A stretch of 64,000 bases of DNA from NCBI GenBank assembly GCA_046563655.1, contig CM102290.1:12214001-12278000 (forward strand), given 5' to 3'. The notes under the pieces are model-generated. The model worked only from the letters and a program-made list of their open reading frames with translations. It ran no database searches and had not been told where the DNA came from. Each line of letters opens with the position of its first letter. Position 1 is the first letter of the stretch. The stretch comes from Yuukianura sp. NJ FZ-2021. Lineage: Eukaryota. A program made the translations under genes and the position numbers. Positions 27,001 through 39,340 of this stretch are shown piece after piece.

Positions 27001-29367
27001 GACCTGAAGGTGACTTCAGATTTATAATCTTCCCCATGTGGAACCTTTGGCATAATCAAAAACATTCAGTGACCTTGGACCTTACTTAATAAAATAGAAG
27101 ATGCACAGTCTGTGATGCATTGAATGTTCAAAATTGACAATCATGCTCGTCAATTTCCTCGAATTCGCTACTCGTATGTCGGCATTCCTCTCAAAAGTTT
27201 CGTTTCGAGCGTTTCAAAGCAACATTTTAGCAAAAATTCCGACATGCGAGCAAGAACCGGAACAAAGACGCATGAATGCATAACGTGCTTTACTTTACAG
27301 ATATTGATCATTCAATACATAACTGAATTCAGAGTGCAATACATAGAACAGAGACTGAACACTCACCATGTGATCTTGGGTTCCGGTTCGGACGCCAGTC
27401 GACACTCGAATGTGATTGTTCCATCATCGTCTTGTCGAATGACTGGTCGTTCCGTGAAACTCGGTTTCATGGGAGCCGTGATTCCGGAGTCTCCTAAATT
27501 GAGGAAGGAACCTGCGATCCGAAGGGGTTAGTAAGGCATCAAAACATCCAACAGAACTCAACCTTCTAAAGTCAGGCACTTCGAAACAATTCAGGGAGGT
27601 CAGGGGTCAACCACGAGTTAAAGTGTACCTTGACTTTTTAGTCAAGAACAAACTCAACTTTACACAACCGTGGAAACGGTGTAATTGGATAAGTAACGGT
27701 ACTAAATTCTTGAATTGTTTGAAGGGCTTGAAGCATTAGGATTGGCGGAGCTTTTCTAAGATTTGCTAAATTATTAAAAAGTCCTTGAAACTAGTATAAA
27801 CCTCTTGGCTCACAAAAATGAATGCAAAGGCCATACAACTCCAAAAGGAGGGAACAGGAGAGAGTTTTGAGCAGTTCTGGACCGGAGGGGTCCCTTAAGC
27901 CTGCTTTCTGAGCAGGCACACGCTCCTAACAATACCTTTAACTCTTAACTGGTAAGGAATGTACAAGGATTGTACTTACTGTCAAAGTTTAAACTTATGG
28001 TGGCGTTGCTCTCCCCGAGTTCATTCTTTGCCATCACTTTGTACTTTCCCGCGTCTTCTACTGCGACGCTCTTGATTTCTAATACGGCAGCAAACAGAGC
28101 ACCATCTTTCTCCACGGTCATCTGCAAAGCAACAGAAAAAGAAAGAGGTCATTCAACTGATTACGATTAGACTACGATTAGTGAAGTTGTGAGATCACTG
28201 ATGTCATGCCATGTAAATCGTTTTAAACTCTAATTGAGTTAATTCACTTGACACAATGGTCACCCAGCTGAGACCTGAGAGCTATGTCTCCGTTGGACTA
28301 ACGGAACGCTGGTATCAATTACATCCAGTGACACTGACTTCCTACTGTTATAAGGTAACACCATGTAAAACGTGAGCTTGCCTTGTGTCTGTTGGAAGTA
28401 CTGGGCACGACGTTTCCATCGTGGAACCAAGTGACAGTGGGTTTGGGATCTGCCTTGATTTTACAGGCGAACAGAAGACGACGTCCATCTTCTTCTTGTC
28501 GAATGACTGGTTTCTGAGCAAAACTAGGGGCGACACCATCTATCTGCCTGCAAATCCATCACAAAACGAATTAGTAATCGAACGTTGAAATCATTTCTTG
28601 CCGAATTTTATTGTATGAAAACGTAATTAAACGTAGATCTTACTTTTCTCGCGGTTCGTCAATTGCTGAAAAGGAAATCAAATGACAAATTAGTTCTTGA
28701 TTGTAATTGAATTAAATTAAAACAGATTTTCGAAAGTAGGCAACAACCACCACCACAACTGTTAAATATGTAGGGCCTCAGTAACGGCGTAACGGAGGAC
28801 AGTTACTCAGCTGTGTACCGGAAATGTTTTCACCGATCAGCTGATCCGTGCCGTACGGTACGGATTTGTATCGGTTCGCCGCGATGTGGTTGAAAACATT
28901 CCCGACATCGGTCGACCACCAGAGGGCAGATTGAAACGTTAACTGAATCGAGAAATGGACAGCTGATGGAGCAAACGTTTTGTTTGCGTATAAGCCCAGG
29001 TTAGATGTTAGAGCAAGGTCATGGGTAAACCTAAAGATACAAAGAGAGACTCACGACTGAAGTTGAGGTTGATCGATGCAAAGACTTCTCCATGCTTGTT
29101 CTTGGCCTTGACACGGTAAAGCCCTGCATCGGATTCGATGACGTTGTCTAATTCGAGAACTACAAGAAACTTGTTCCCTTCGATTCGGTTCGTTTTGAAG
29201 ACTGTTCGTTTGTCGGCCGACAGTTGGACATCTCCACGGAACCACACAATATCCGGTTCGGGTGCGCCGACAAGTTGACACTCGAAGATGAGTCGGTTTC
29301 CATCATCTTCCTGTCGTAGCTGAGGCTTCTGCGTAAATGCCGGCACTGATTCATCTGCCGAACCCAT
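1..29367 (-). CDS. bt: Projectin/twitchin (bent/unc-22 family) giant muscle protein, 5' part; multi-exon, continues past the left edge
   Basis: N-terminus [30 protein letters not shown] is typical of insect projectin. There are 8 I-set Ig domains (about 29367-24240), an E/K/P/V-rich linker (24167-19273), further Ig domains, then repeated Fn3-Fn3-Ig modules (DGG.PI..Y, YEFRV.A.N.AG). The hand-checked junctions join in frame. The kinase domain is not in the window. Confidence 0.97.
338..741. mobile_element. MITE-like non-autonomous DNA element in a projectin intron
   Basis: Imperfect terminal inverted repeats of about 80 bp (TGGGGGGATATTTGCTTATT... versus ...AATTAGCACATCTCCCCCCA). TA lies on both sides (336-337, 742-743) and TTGTTT on both sides of that (330-335, 744-749). 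Internal ATTAGAAATT motifs are repeated and there is no ORF. Confidence 0.85.
16688..16774 (-). CDS. Projectin alternative exon B, 87 nt, [29 protein letters not shown]
   Basis: TAG acceptor and GAG|GTTGTC donor, phase 0-0, open frame. Aligns without gaps to exon 17050-17136. Confidence 0.8.
17050..17136 (-). CDS. Projectin alternative exon A, 87 nt, [29 protein letters not shown]
   Basis: CAG acceptor and AAG|GTTAAT donor, phase 0-0, open frame. Shares L.E.IPDWP.L.PF with exon 16688-16774. Confidence 0.75.
17146..17530. repeat. Probable inserted repetitive element rich in TAACCC/GGGTTA motifs
   Basis: Block of higher GC with many TTAACCC and GGGTTA(A) motifs and a direct repeat TAACCCTTGAGTTA near both ends, with sharp boundaries against AT-rich intron. 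No clear TIR pair or TSD. Confidence 0.6.
20118..23522 (-). CDS. Cluster of phase-0 symmetric cassette exons of the projectin PEVK-like region
   Basis: AG/GT-flanked open exons at 23421-23522 (102 nt), 23110-23142 (33), 22767-22865 (99), 21974-22147 (174), 21383-21427 (45), 20562-20600 (39) and 20118-20171 (54). All are multiples of 3 and mostly P/E/K/R-rich. Confidence 0.75.
23713..24167 (-). repeat. Coding tandem repeat (15-nt unit) encoding [15 protein letters not shown] pentapeptides in one projectin exon
   Basis: Visible 15/30-nt periodicity. The exon is bounded by CAG (24168-24170) and ATG|GTAAGT and is in frame with the preceding Ig exon. Confidence 0.92.
28644..28665 (-). CDS. 22-nt projectin microexon in the Ig1-Ig2 linker
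   Basis: tttcag|CAATTGACGAACCGCGAGAAAA|gtaag. It is needed to convert phase 1 to phase 2, giving ...NFSPIDEPREKQIDGVAP... Confidence 0.88.
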
Positions 29368-30180
29368 GGATCCACCGCAAGGCCGAACGGCCCGTGGATC
29401 CTCTACCTACTCCAACCACGAAACCTACTAAAAATCCAACCCAGTTAGCCAATTGAACAGTTAAACTTAATTTGTATCTTTAACAATAAAACGTAATCAC
29501 ATTCCAAGATTATTTGAATGCGGCCCTTGTGACCTATGACCTATGACTTAAACGACCTCGAACTCCACCTACCGTAGTGAGATAGGGTTAAGTTGGCTTT
29601 CTTTCATTGGAATCTCTTTACGTTCGGAATGAATCAAAGTTTAAAAATTCCGTTGCAACATTCCACAATTTCCTCACAAACATTTCTTACAATTACAATT
29701 TTCGAAACACAGCGGATTCGTTCTAATTCTAAACTTTTTTTTAAATTTTTTTTAGTTTAAGCTTATTCTTACACTAATTAGATTAACTTATGTGGAGTTT
29801 GAATACCTAAAGCCTTGTGAACAAAGTGTACGCCCCAAATTTTACAAATACGAAAACCGAAAACCTGAATGTCGCAAAAATATTGGCAAGCATTTTTGTC
29901 GGATTCTGTTGACACTTTTTGCAAAAACATGAAAATTGTTGTTTTTACAAAACTTCAAAAACATAAAACTTGTTGTTTTTACAAAACTTGATTTTGCTTT
30001 AGTAGTTTCTGGCATTCGAGTCATGTTGTTGGTAAGCCCAGACGTCTGTCAACGCTAATGACTAACGGTGTAACTAATCAAAGGTAGACGATGGAAGTGA
30101 CATGTCACCTGTTGACATTAGAGGTCACGCGGTGGATGCCAAAAAAACGAAGAATTCCAACCCTGTTTAAAATCCGTCAT

Positions 30181-30190
30181 CTATTTTTAG
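30181..30190. promoter_or_regulatory. Consensus MEF2 site in projectin intron 1
   Basis: CTATTTTTAG is a perfect YTA(W)4TAR match, with an E-box CACCTG about 75 bp away. A second match TTAAAAATAG lies at 32975-32984. This fits a muscle gene but is a motif match only. Confidence 0.55.
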
Positions 30191-31013
30191 TCAATTTTGT
30201 GTTTGAAAATTCCTTTTTAATATTCTGTTTGAAATGCAAACTTTTCATTCTTTTACGGGAACGGAAGTGTCAGCAACTAACTACAATCGTCAGTACTGTT
30301 TACATGTCCTTCAAATCCTGTTCAAAATTCCATCCAAACCAGCTTCCTTGAGCTCTTGCAGCTCAACTATTACTAAGACTTTGTTTCAAAAACAGATTTT
30401 TTTTAGAACAGATTTAGGAATTTGCTAGAAGCTGCTAGGAAAGAAGAAAAAAACGGACTTTGAAACTTGTCTCTCGCCGACTCCCACAAATTTTCGGTTT
30501 CAGACATTTACTCATACTTGGAAATTAATTTATTTCAGTCGCAAAAAGTTTTGCGAAAAAAAAATTTTTTTTTCTGCAAAAAAATTGTTTTTGCAAAAAA
30601 AAAAGTGTTTCAATGCACCTGTTTCTAACGAGGCCAAACGGAGATCTTCATTTGCCAAAATCCGCTTCCGCTACTTTTGTGTAGCTGTTTTTGGAAATTC
30701 ATTACGTTTTAAAGTAAAACCTAAATACAAATCCTAGGAGAAGCCTATTATATTTTTTAGTACTTTCACTTTTCCGCTGTTCTTGGAAATTGTAAAACTC
30801 TTTTTCTAAAACTGTGTTTGAACAGGAACACTGACTGCACAATGAGACCAAATGCAACAATAATAGTAAAAACAAGGACGGATGCCAAAAAGTGAAGTAA
30901 AAATAGAAGAAAGTGGAGGCAGCTTTCCACTTAATTTCCGCTCGGCGGATCCACAAATACACTTTTGTATCAAATCCCACCGCTTCTCTGACACTCTCGA
31001 TTTGCAAACTTAC

Positions 31014-31152
31014 CGGATGTACTGGGAAATGCAATGGAATCCTCCAATCGATGATACTAAGATGATGTGGGATCCAATGGAACAGTCGGAGTCTGCGCAC
31101 AACTCTACTTGAAACTAAGGACTAAACTCACAGTTTTGAAGGAAAGCACTGA
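31014..31152 (-). promoter_or_regulatory. Projectin core promoter (Inr + DPE) and non-coding first exon
   Basis: TCAGT Inr with A+1 at 31150, and AGTCCT (DPE consensus RGWYVT) starting exactly at +28 (31123). The ATG-free exon ends at a strong CCG|GTAAGT donor (31013). Confidence 0.7.
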
Positions 31153-32351
31153 AACTCAGCTTTTTCGGCAGGTCAAGTTAGGATTTACATGGTTGACCTT
31201 TGACACTTACACGACACTGAATTTGAGCACTTTGGATGAGTCGCTGCAGCGAATCGCTGCTCCTGGCTGCCCTAGCGGTTCAGTTGCAGGTCGAAGTTAG
31301 CCTAAGGCTTGTGGCCTTGGAAGCGGTGCCTTGACGTGACTGAAGATTTGAAATTGGCGGGAAGGGTCACACACACAGCCTGCCCCTTGGATTTGCCTGA
31401 CTTTTATGTTGAGCGCTGCTTCCCTACTGGCTCTTCGTCCATATCACGACCACGACCTCTCAAGTCCAACTAAATACATCCAGGTCCATTCTGAAGCGAG
31501 GCCATGAAGAAGCATGTAGAGGCTCAAAATAGAACGAGTATCTGTGCTTCCTTAGGAGCCCAATCGCTGCTAGGAGCAGCGATCACCACGTCTAGTCCAC
31601 CCGACGAAGTTCGGAATGGCGGAAGGGGGCACGGAAACCAGGGACGTAACTCTATCTTCATGCGACCATATATGTAAGCTCATATACCCAACACACTCCC
31701 AAAAAATTCAAATCTTCCCACACAAGCCACTCTCCAATTTCAACCCAACGAAGCTCACTCCTTCCTACTTCCAATGGCTTCCATGCGCAGGGCATGCGTA
31801 GAATGCGTTCTGGGCTGTGCCTTTTCTACGCATGAGCAGTACCATACCGGAGGATCTGGCTCCAGAGCGGCGGAGACGGACAGATCATGCGTGCATAAGT
31901 GTGTCACATGGTATGTGGCCTCCGTGTACAACATGCTACTTTGTGGGCATGCACAAAGTGTGCATAAAAACCCCGGAAAATATGCACATGCCCCAACATT
32001 TATGCAGCTTGACGTATGTAATGTATGCATATGTACTGATGCTACTTTAAGATTTAGTCGTCGCATTTAACTCAAATTTGTTTAATGTTGACATAACTTC
32101 AATTCATTTAAAAAATTTTTTTAAAAATGCGCCATTTCCCAGAAAACCATAAGCGAAAATGAATGAACAATGGTTGATATTTGCATTCTAGGAACATGAA
32201 TCTGTCATGGCAGCTGATATGCAACATGGTCCACCTTCGGTAAATTCACGAGGCTGGTCATGCGATCTTCGACCTTAAGAGCAGTGTTTTCTTGGAAGCC
32301 ATATTTTTAGTGTAAACATGCAAATTATTAAGAAAAGACAGGCCTGAAGGC

Positions 32352-32368
32352 AGAGGTCATTGACCTCT
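32352..32368. promoter_or_regulatory. Perfect IR1 nuclear-receptor palindrome (EcRE-like)
   Basis: AGAGGTCA-T-TGACCTCT. Further IR1 matches lie at 33976-33988 and 25935-25947. Confidence 0.45.
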
Positions 32369-34091
32369 ACATAGTTTACGGTAGATACAATGGGCAATAC
32401 TGTATCGCTGGTAAGTAAATATCCAACATGTCTGCTGCAGCTATCTTCTTAGTTTAACTTTTGAAGATTTTTTTTTTGAAATTTTGTTTTTCAATTTGAT
32501 TTTGATTTTGAAAATTTGAATTCCCAGTGTGTTGGGCTTGGGACTCGAGTTGAGAGAAAGTGAGTGAGAAACCGGCTAACTCCAGCGCCTCAATCCGCCA
32601 ATCCCATGGTTCCTCCTGGTTGCTTTTTGGTTTCTTTTGCGCAAGCGCAGTTCTTCCTAGAAATTCCGAGTACCTGCAAAGCTGGCATAAAATTTGAATT
32701 TAGATCCATTTTCAATTGGGGGTACTTGGACAGTGTTGATTGTCCTGCCACTGGGGGAGTAGTGGGGTGACTGTGGCGGGGGTGGGGAAAGTGCGGGTGA
32801 TTTGAACGTATTCGTGGCCTATTAAGTGAGTAGGAAGTGGGATGGAGCGAGACAGTTCGGATTGTGGTACGTACATGGATTGACAAAGTATGTCCCGTAG
32901 GACCTACTTGGAATACTTGCCTACTTTCCTACTTTAAAACAACTCTTGTACATTATTAGAAGGGTTCTAATGGCTTAAAAATAGAGCAGACAAGATCTAA
33001 GATTGGATACTCCAATGTTCCTTCAAAGATCCACTAGTATCATCAGCTCTAGAGACTAAAAATATACCACGAGTCACAAGGAATCCAACCACAAACACAG
33101 GCACAAGAACCCACTTCTTTAACCAAACATGCAATTCCATTTCCAAAATATAAACTCCACTTTACACTTTAATTTTTCATTAAAATACAAATTTCCATCT
33201 TCAATTCAAATTTTGATCAAAAATCAAAAATGTCAAATTTGTAGTTACATAAATAATCCACATTCAAAAAAAAAGTCTAACCAGACACAGAACTTTTTTT
33301 TCGGAAATTGCAAATTTTTTTACTGCACGCTCCTGCGTGGGAAGAACAAAAACAGATATTTTTTAGCAAAAAAAAAATTTTTCTTGGAACAAAAAGAACC
33401 AGTACGTGGTCTAAAACTTTCGTTACCAAGAAAAAAAATTGGGTGAAATTTTTTTTATATAAAATGGTCTCCTTCCGGTTTCGATCTGTTGACCTGATTT
33501 TGGTAAAAAATTTTAACATCAGTGTGCGTTTCCTACAAATTTAGTGTTAAAGTGTGATATTTTAGCAGTCATTTCGATTTTAAGTTAGTTTTTAAAAAGT
33601 TAGAATTTTGCTTTTAAAAATATTGCAAAAACTCCCGCAAATGTAATTTTTTTTATTAAGATTCTTGTTGTATTGATGCTTATGGAACCCTATGCGTATA
33701 AAAGAGGCGTCTGGAACACCTCTGTGGTGAAGATGTTATTGTTACTTGGCAGTTGCTAGGCAACGGAGTTGAGATCACACAAGTGCCAGATTGCCGTTTT
33801 TGTACTATAAGTATATTTTGTGTTTTCCACTGGTTGCGTACAGGTTTAGATGTTCAATTGTTGAATCCACCCACCCCACCCAACTTACAAAAACAATCTA
33901 GTCACTCCACCACAACAAAGTTATACAAATTATTAACTCAAGTTATATACGCCGGTTAGAGTCTATAAGCACTAAAGGTCATTGACCCTGCAGCCACACC
34001 CACATCATGATGCAGGGGTCAAACAATTGAATAAGTACAGGTCAGGTCACATTAAACTCAATTTGTCAACTGCCATGTACTAGAAGTACTA

Positions 34092-37000
34092 ATGGGGACT
34101 TGGGTTTTCATCGCAATCTCACTCGTCACATTTCAACTTCCAGCAGAATCATCAGGTTCGTTTTACCTTCAAAAACAGTTTTTTGAAAAGTTATTTTCAA
34201 AACAAAATTTAAAATTTTTGTGGAAATTATTTCACGAAATTAGAAATGGTTTTGAAATTGAAAGTGTTGGTATTACTATCCAATGTTGTTTTTTTTTTTT
34301 TGCAAACTCTTGTTCATGCAAAAAAAAAGAAGAAGTTTCCTATACAAATTTTTAATTTTTTTAAATGTTTTGTTTTGAAAATTTTTGCAAGCTTAGAGTT
34401 GTATGCCCCAATTCTTCAAAACTTGTTTCAACACAACGGTGGTTATGTCACAAAGATGACATTTATCAATGATGTTAACTCTAGGTTACGTCACCTTACG
34501 TCCAAAAGTCACGTGAGTTTCAATTGTTCCGGCTCTAAATGCCAATTAGTCAACCGAGTCATTCGTTTTTAGACATGACGGAATGTCTTTTGTTCCCTTC
34601 TAGAATAACTCCATTAGTAAAAAAGTAAAGTTGCGGTTGGCAGAAATTGCAAAAAGTTCTTTGCACATTTCAAAAAAAATTTGGCTCAGAGCAGAAAGTC
34701 GTGGGCGAAAAATTCTGCCGGAAATGTTTTCTTTTCCAAAATTTTCAAAAAAAATTATCTGTAAAATTATTGTTGATTTTCAGAGTCACTGGTCTACTTG
34801 GGATGTTACTCGAAGGAGACGACGACAAAGGCGCCAGGGGTCGATGACCCTGACCCACCAACATTCCTAAGTGGCTCTACCGACTTGTGGTTCAGCCCCA
34901 CCGGTCCCACCTCGACTGACTCTGTTTACTCATGTCTAGCCGCATGCCGACAAAATTCTTTTCGGTGAGAGTGTTGCGCCGCTGTTTTGCGAAATTTTGA
35001 TTTTTGTTTGCTGATTTTTTTTGAACGGGGTCACGGCGGGGTCATTTCAAAAGAACCATGTGGTCTTGGTCTCCGTATTTTTTTGAAAATTAGCGCTTTC
35101 GTACCAGACTCTCGGCTTCTTTTCTTGTCGTCCTATTTTTACTTGTTTCGCAATATAATACACAGTTGAACATCATCTCTCTCCTCTCCGAGGATTAGGA
35201 TCGCACACCATTAACGAGTCTTCGGATGTCCAAAATTCCTTCCCACCCCCTGAAATCCCACTAGTGTAAGTCACTCCTGCATTCCTGGGCAACTCCCGTA
35301 CTTTCAACATTGATGTAAATCGCTATTCCTTGGCTTGGATCCATTTCGCAAAAACTCCCACAGCCAGTGGGACACGAATCCTAAAAAAACCGAAAGTCAT
35401 TTTGCACACTGCCTGCAAGGCCTGATTGATGATGGCGCATACCTCTATTACTGAACTTCTAGGTATGCTGGACTCTCTTCCATGACGACTGGAGGTGACA
35501 TGTGTAGTTGCGGCAGTAGTTATGGGTCAACTGGACCAGGTCAATGTCCACCATGCAGGAAAGACAGGCCATTTGACCAGGAACATTGCGGAGATGAGGC
35601 TTCCTGGAGCATCTATGACACGGGATTCAAAGGTCAACATAAGTAATTCAAACTCAATTTTGAATTTTGAGCAATTTTTGACCAATTTCCTGATTTTAAC
35701 GTGCAATTTTTTCAAAGTCACCCATATTTAGGTATAACTTAAGTTGTTTCTTGGTTGTAGTACGCCAATTTGCGAAATAGAGTAAAAAATGTTCTGGGTG
35801 GAAAGTTTTCACTTTTGTACTGAAATTTCCGAAAAATGAAAAATACAGCGGCATTATTCTAGAAATTAGAAAAATTCGAAAATAATTATCAAAACGATTG
35901 ATTTCTTTTGTAAATTATGCTTGCAGTGCCGTCACCACCTACAAAAGTGACCTTGGTCCATAGAGGGGAAAACACTTTGCGGATTTCTTGGTCAAAGCCA
36001 ATGGCAACCAATGGACCGTTGACAGCATACCTCGTCACGGCTCATGGACTCTTCACTTACGCACATGTACGGAAACTTTAACTTAAAAGCAGACGTTTCA
36101 AAAAAAGAATTTCAAAAAATTTGAAATTTTAAAAATCTAGAACACTCATCATGATCTCCAGGTCAAATCCTGGCGTGTGAGTGATGTCGACGAGGAGTTT
36201 CAGCTCATCGGACTTCTGCCTGCCACAAAGTACAATGTCACCGTTACTGCCGTCAACTCCGAAGGTCAAAGTTCACCGACTTCTGTCATTGTCTGGACCA
36301 AACTTTCAAGTATGACGCTGAATCAGCGATCAAGTTTACCAAAAATTCTTTTCACTGATTTCATTTCTTGTTTTTAAAGTTCCAGATACACCGCCACCGC
36401 CAACAATTTTAAATTCAGTGCCGAAACGCATGACAATCAAATTGGAGCCGTTTCACAACTCGCGTGGACCATTGTCCAAGTACCGAATTGTGATGGTCGA
36501 CGAATCCAGGCTATTTCAAACCCGGATTTTCACGATGGATCGTGTCGTTACTTGGAACGACTCCATGACGACAGGCTACCCGAAATACGTCGCTGCTCAA
36601 TTCCCGCCAGAAGTAAAAAATTGACAACGAGATTTAAAAAATGATTTAAAACGGTTCCAGTTTTGAATTTCTTTTGACCCTGCAGGCGTTCCCTCCGAAT
36701 GGAGAATTTGTCATAGGAGATGAGAGAATGTACGATGGATTTTACAATGGAGTGATTCCGGAAGGTCACTGGCATCCTAGCCTAGGAATTGTGAGTACGC
36801 TGGATGACCTTACGGAGATTTCCTACTCACCGACGTCTCATGAGCAGCATGAAGGTGACCTCAAGGTCAACATTCCTTCGTCAGCTACATCAGATTCCTT
36901 CGGCCGCAAGAAACTGAAACATAAGCGTCCACTTCCAAGTTAGTAATTTCACTTGACGTTTCATTTTCATTTCATTGACGTTTTCATTTCATTTGAAGTT

Positions 37001-39340
37001 TTGTTGACTTGGCATGACCATGCTACTGACACAGTGACTTCGAGAACTAGAAGTTAGGTCAACTATAACTTGTGGAAATAGCTTTTAATTCATAACTACT
37101 CGATAGTTTCAGATTCTAGTGAGGTTACTGTCAGAGAAATGTCACCAATGGTAATGGCCCTCTGGATCGCCATAGCTGTTACTGCTGTAATTCTAGCAGT
37201 TTGTATCTCCGTCTACTTCGTGTTGACCCTTGACCTCTTGCCAAAACACCGTCGTCGTCCACCGCTGCTGAATACTTTGTCACGACCTAGTTACGAACGT
37301 CCAACAGAACTTACGACATGCAGTGCCAATCCAGCGTATCTATTTCCCGTAAGCGCTGCACATTATCGCTGAAATGACTTCCGTTTGGCTAAAATTCTTA
37401 CTTTTGTGCTCTAAATTTTTACTTTTAGGATGATTTCAGCGCAGCTTATACACATTCAGGGTTTGTTTCAGACGAAGACTTGAAAAGTCGAGCGCTGGAT
37501 CGCTTAAAACACATTTGGAACGTACCGCGTAACTTTGTTTCCATTCCAAGCGACGAGGAAGAGGAAGTGGTTTTGATTGGACGAGGGCGCTACGGTGTCG
37601 TTCACTCCTCCCATTTACGAGCCAAGGACACGCCCACTCCGGTGCTCCTGTATACAATTCCTGGCAATTTTCTGAAAGGTCAAAGGTCACATTCTTGTAA
37701 TTTAAATTAGAACATTATGTAATTAATCAATTAACTAACATGAATTATTATCCGTATACTAGATGGGGGAGACGAGGAAAAAGAAAAGTTCATGCAGGAT
37801 TTGACCGATTTGGTAAAAATTGATGCGCATGTCAACGTCGTCAAGCTGATTGGCTTCATGGAAGATGGACCGTCACTTTTGATTGTGGTTGAATTTGGCG
37901 GGAAATCTTTGAAAGAGTGGCTCCTTGACTTCAGGAACAGCAGCGACAGTGTCACCAAAATGTCGCCGGCAACTTCCTACAACCTCATTCTCTGTGCCAT
38001 GAACATTGCGGAAGCCATGTTCCATTTGGATTCTTTCAAAGTAATACCAAAATCCTATAACATTTCGGTTGAAGTATAGTAAAGCTACATCCATTGTGAC
38101 CACCTACCTCTAAACCACTGGGTGGTTACGAAAATCTAAAATGGTTGTGGATGACATGGCGTAACCACACCTAAACAATGTTGGTTACCACAGCATTGTT
38201 ACGTGAGTGGTTACAATGGATGCAGCTTTTGTCGATTTCAACCGAAATTTCATACTCAATTGCAGATAACTCACGGTGAGCTTGCAGCGTCCAATGTTCT
38301 GGTGACCACAGTACAAATTCCAAAGGTCACGGGATATGGTCTCCTCAAATGTGATCCTCCACGGGAGGTAAGGTCACACGGCGCTAAAATTCAAAATTTA
38401 AATTCGTTCCCGCTTTCTTTCAACACTAACATTTCTACTTGTGTTTAGGGAGTTCGTCGTGACTTTAGTCGCTGGTTTGCAGTGGAGCAGTTCCAGAATC
38501 GGTGCGTAAGACCCTGTGATACTTGGTCATTTGGAGTCTTGTTATGGGAAATCGCAAGTCTTGGTAAGTGAAGGCCAAAGATACTGAAAGTATTTTAGAC
38601 TGGCGCATGCGCAATGAATCTTACTTTACCTTATTACACAAGGTGCTACTCCGTATCATGACGTCCGAAGTGAAGACTTGCCGAAGCGTTTAAGTCGCGG
38701 TCTGCGACCAGGTCAACTCGAGGTCATCGGTGACCCTCTGTATCAAATCATGCTCCACTGCTGGCAACTGGATCGAGACGAACGACCGGACTTTGCCACA
38801 CTCAGTTGCTCTCTACACCAACTTCTTTCAAACCCCACCGTAAGTGTCCTCTTATAATTCAAGGTTTGTTGACTTGATTTTTTTTAATAGGTTGAGTAAT
38901 ACCTAAATTTTAATTTTTTAAAATATAGCATATATAGTTGAAAAAAATTAAAAGCAAAGTAAAAAAAAATTGTATAAAGTTGAGGTTTATAATTAAAACA
39001 GCAAGTATAAAAGTACGAAAATAGAAAATAATTATAACGATATAAACAGTTCAAAATATTTTAATTTTTAAGAAAAAATTGACATTGTGGAACGTTGTGA
39101 CATGCATGTCAGTTTTTTCCAACTTTCTATACTTAATAAATTCTTATTCAGTTATGATTAGGTTATTTAGACAACAAAATCTAATATTAGGCTAATTGTG
39201 ATTAGGTTAGGCATTATATTAGTACTTACGTTATTAATCCAAAATACACTAATACTGTCTTGGTTTTTCAGGAAAGCCTGTGTGTTTCGCCTTCTCTCAA
39301 GTACCCCCCACGGATCCAGACCTTTGAGTACACAAATTAA
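34092..39340 (+). CDS. Wsck: Wsck-type receptor tyrosine pseudokinase (signal peptide, WSC, Fn3, TM, inactive kinase); multi-exon
   Basis: Spliced translation gives a signal peptide MGTWVFIAISLV and a WSC pattern YLGCY...CLAACRQNSFRYAGL...CSCG...C..C...CG...IYDTG. It continues with Fn3 (GLLPATKYNVTVTAVN), a TM segment (ALWIAIAVTAVILAVCISVYFVL) and a kinase fold (IGRGRYG, HGELAASN, DTWSFGVLLWEI, CWQLDRDERPDF). Stop at 39338-39340. Confidence 0.9.
38062..38248. mobile_element. MITE-like foldback element filling a Wsck intron
   Basis: Imperfect inverted termini of about 42 bp (ATTTCGGTTGAAGTATAGTAAAGCTACATCCATTGTGACCAC versus GTGGTTACAATGGATGCAGCTTTTGTCGATTTCAACCGAAAT), with internal GGTTAC/GTAACC motifs. 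No clear TSD. Confidence 0.75.

Noticed and set aside
32500..32890. GC-richer block with minus-strand ORF ending MGLAD, resembling a projectin start
   Set aside because: A stop follows immediately, there is no usable donor and no recognisable protein in any frame. It may be a decayed fragment.
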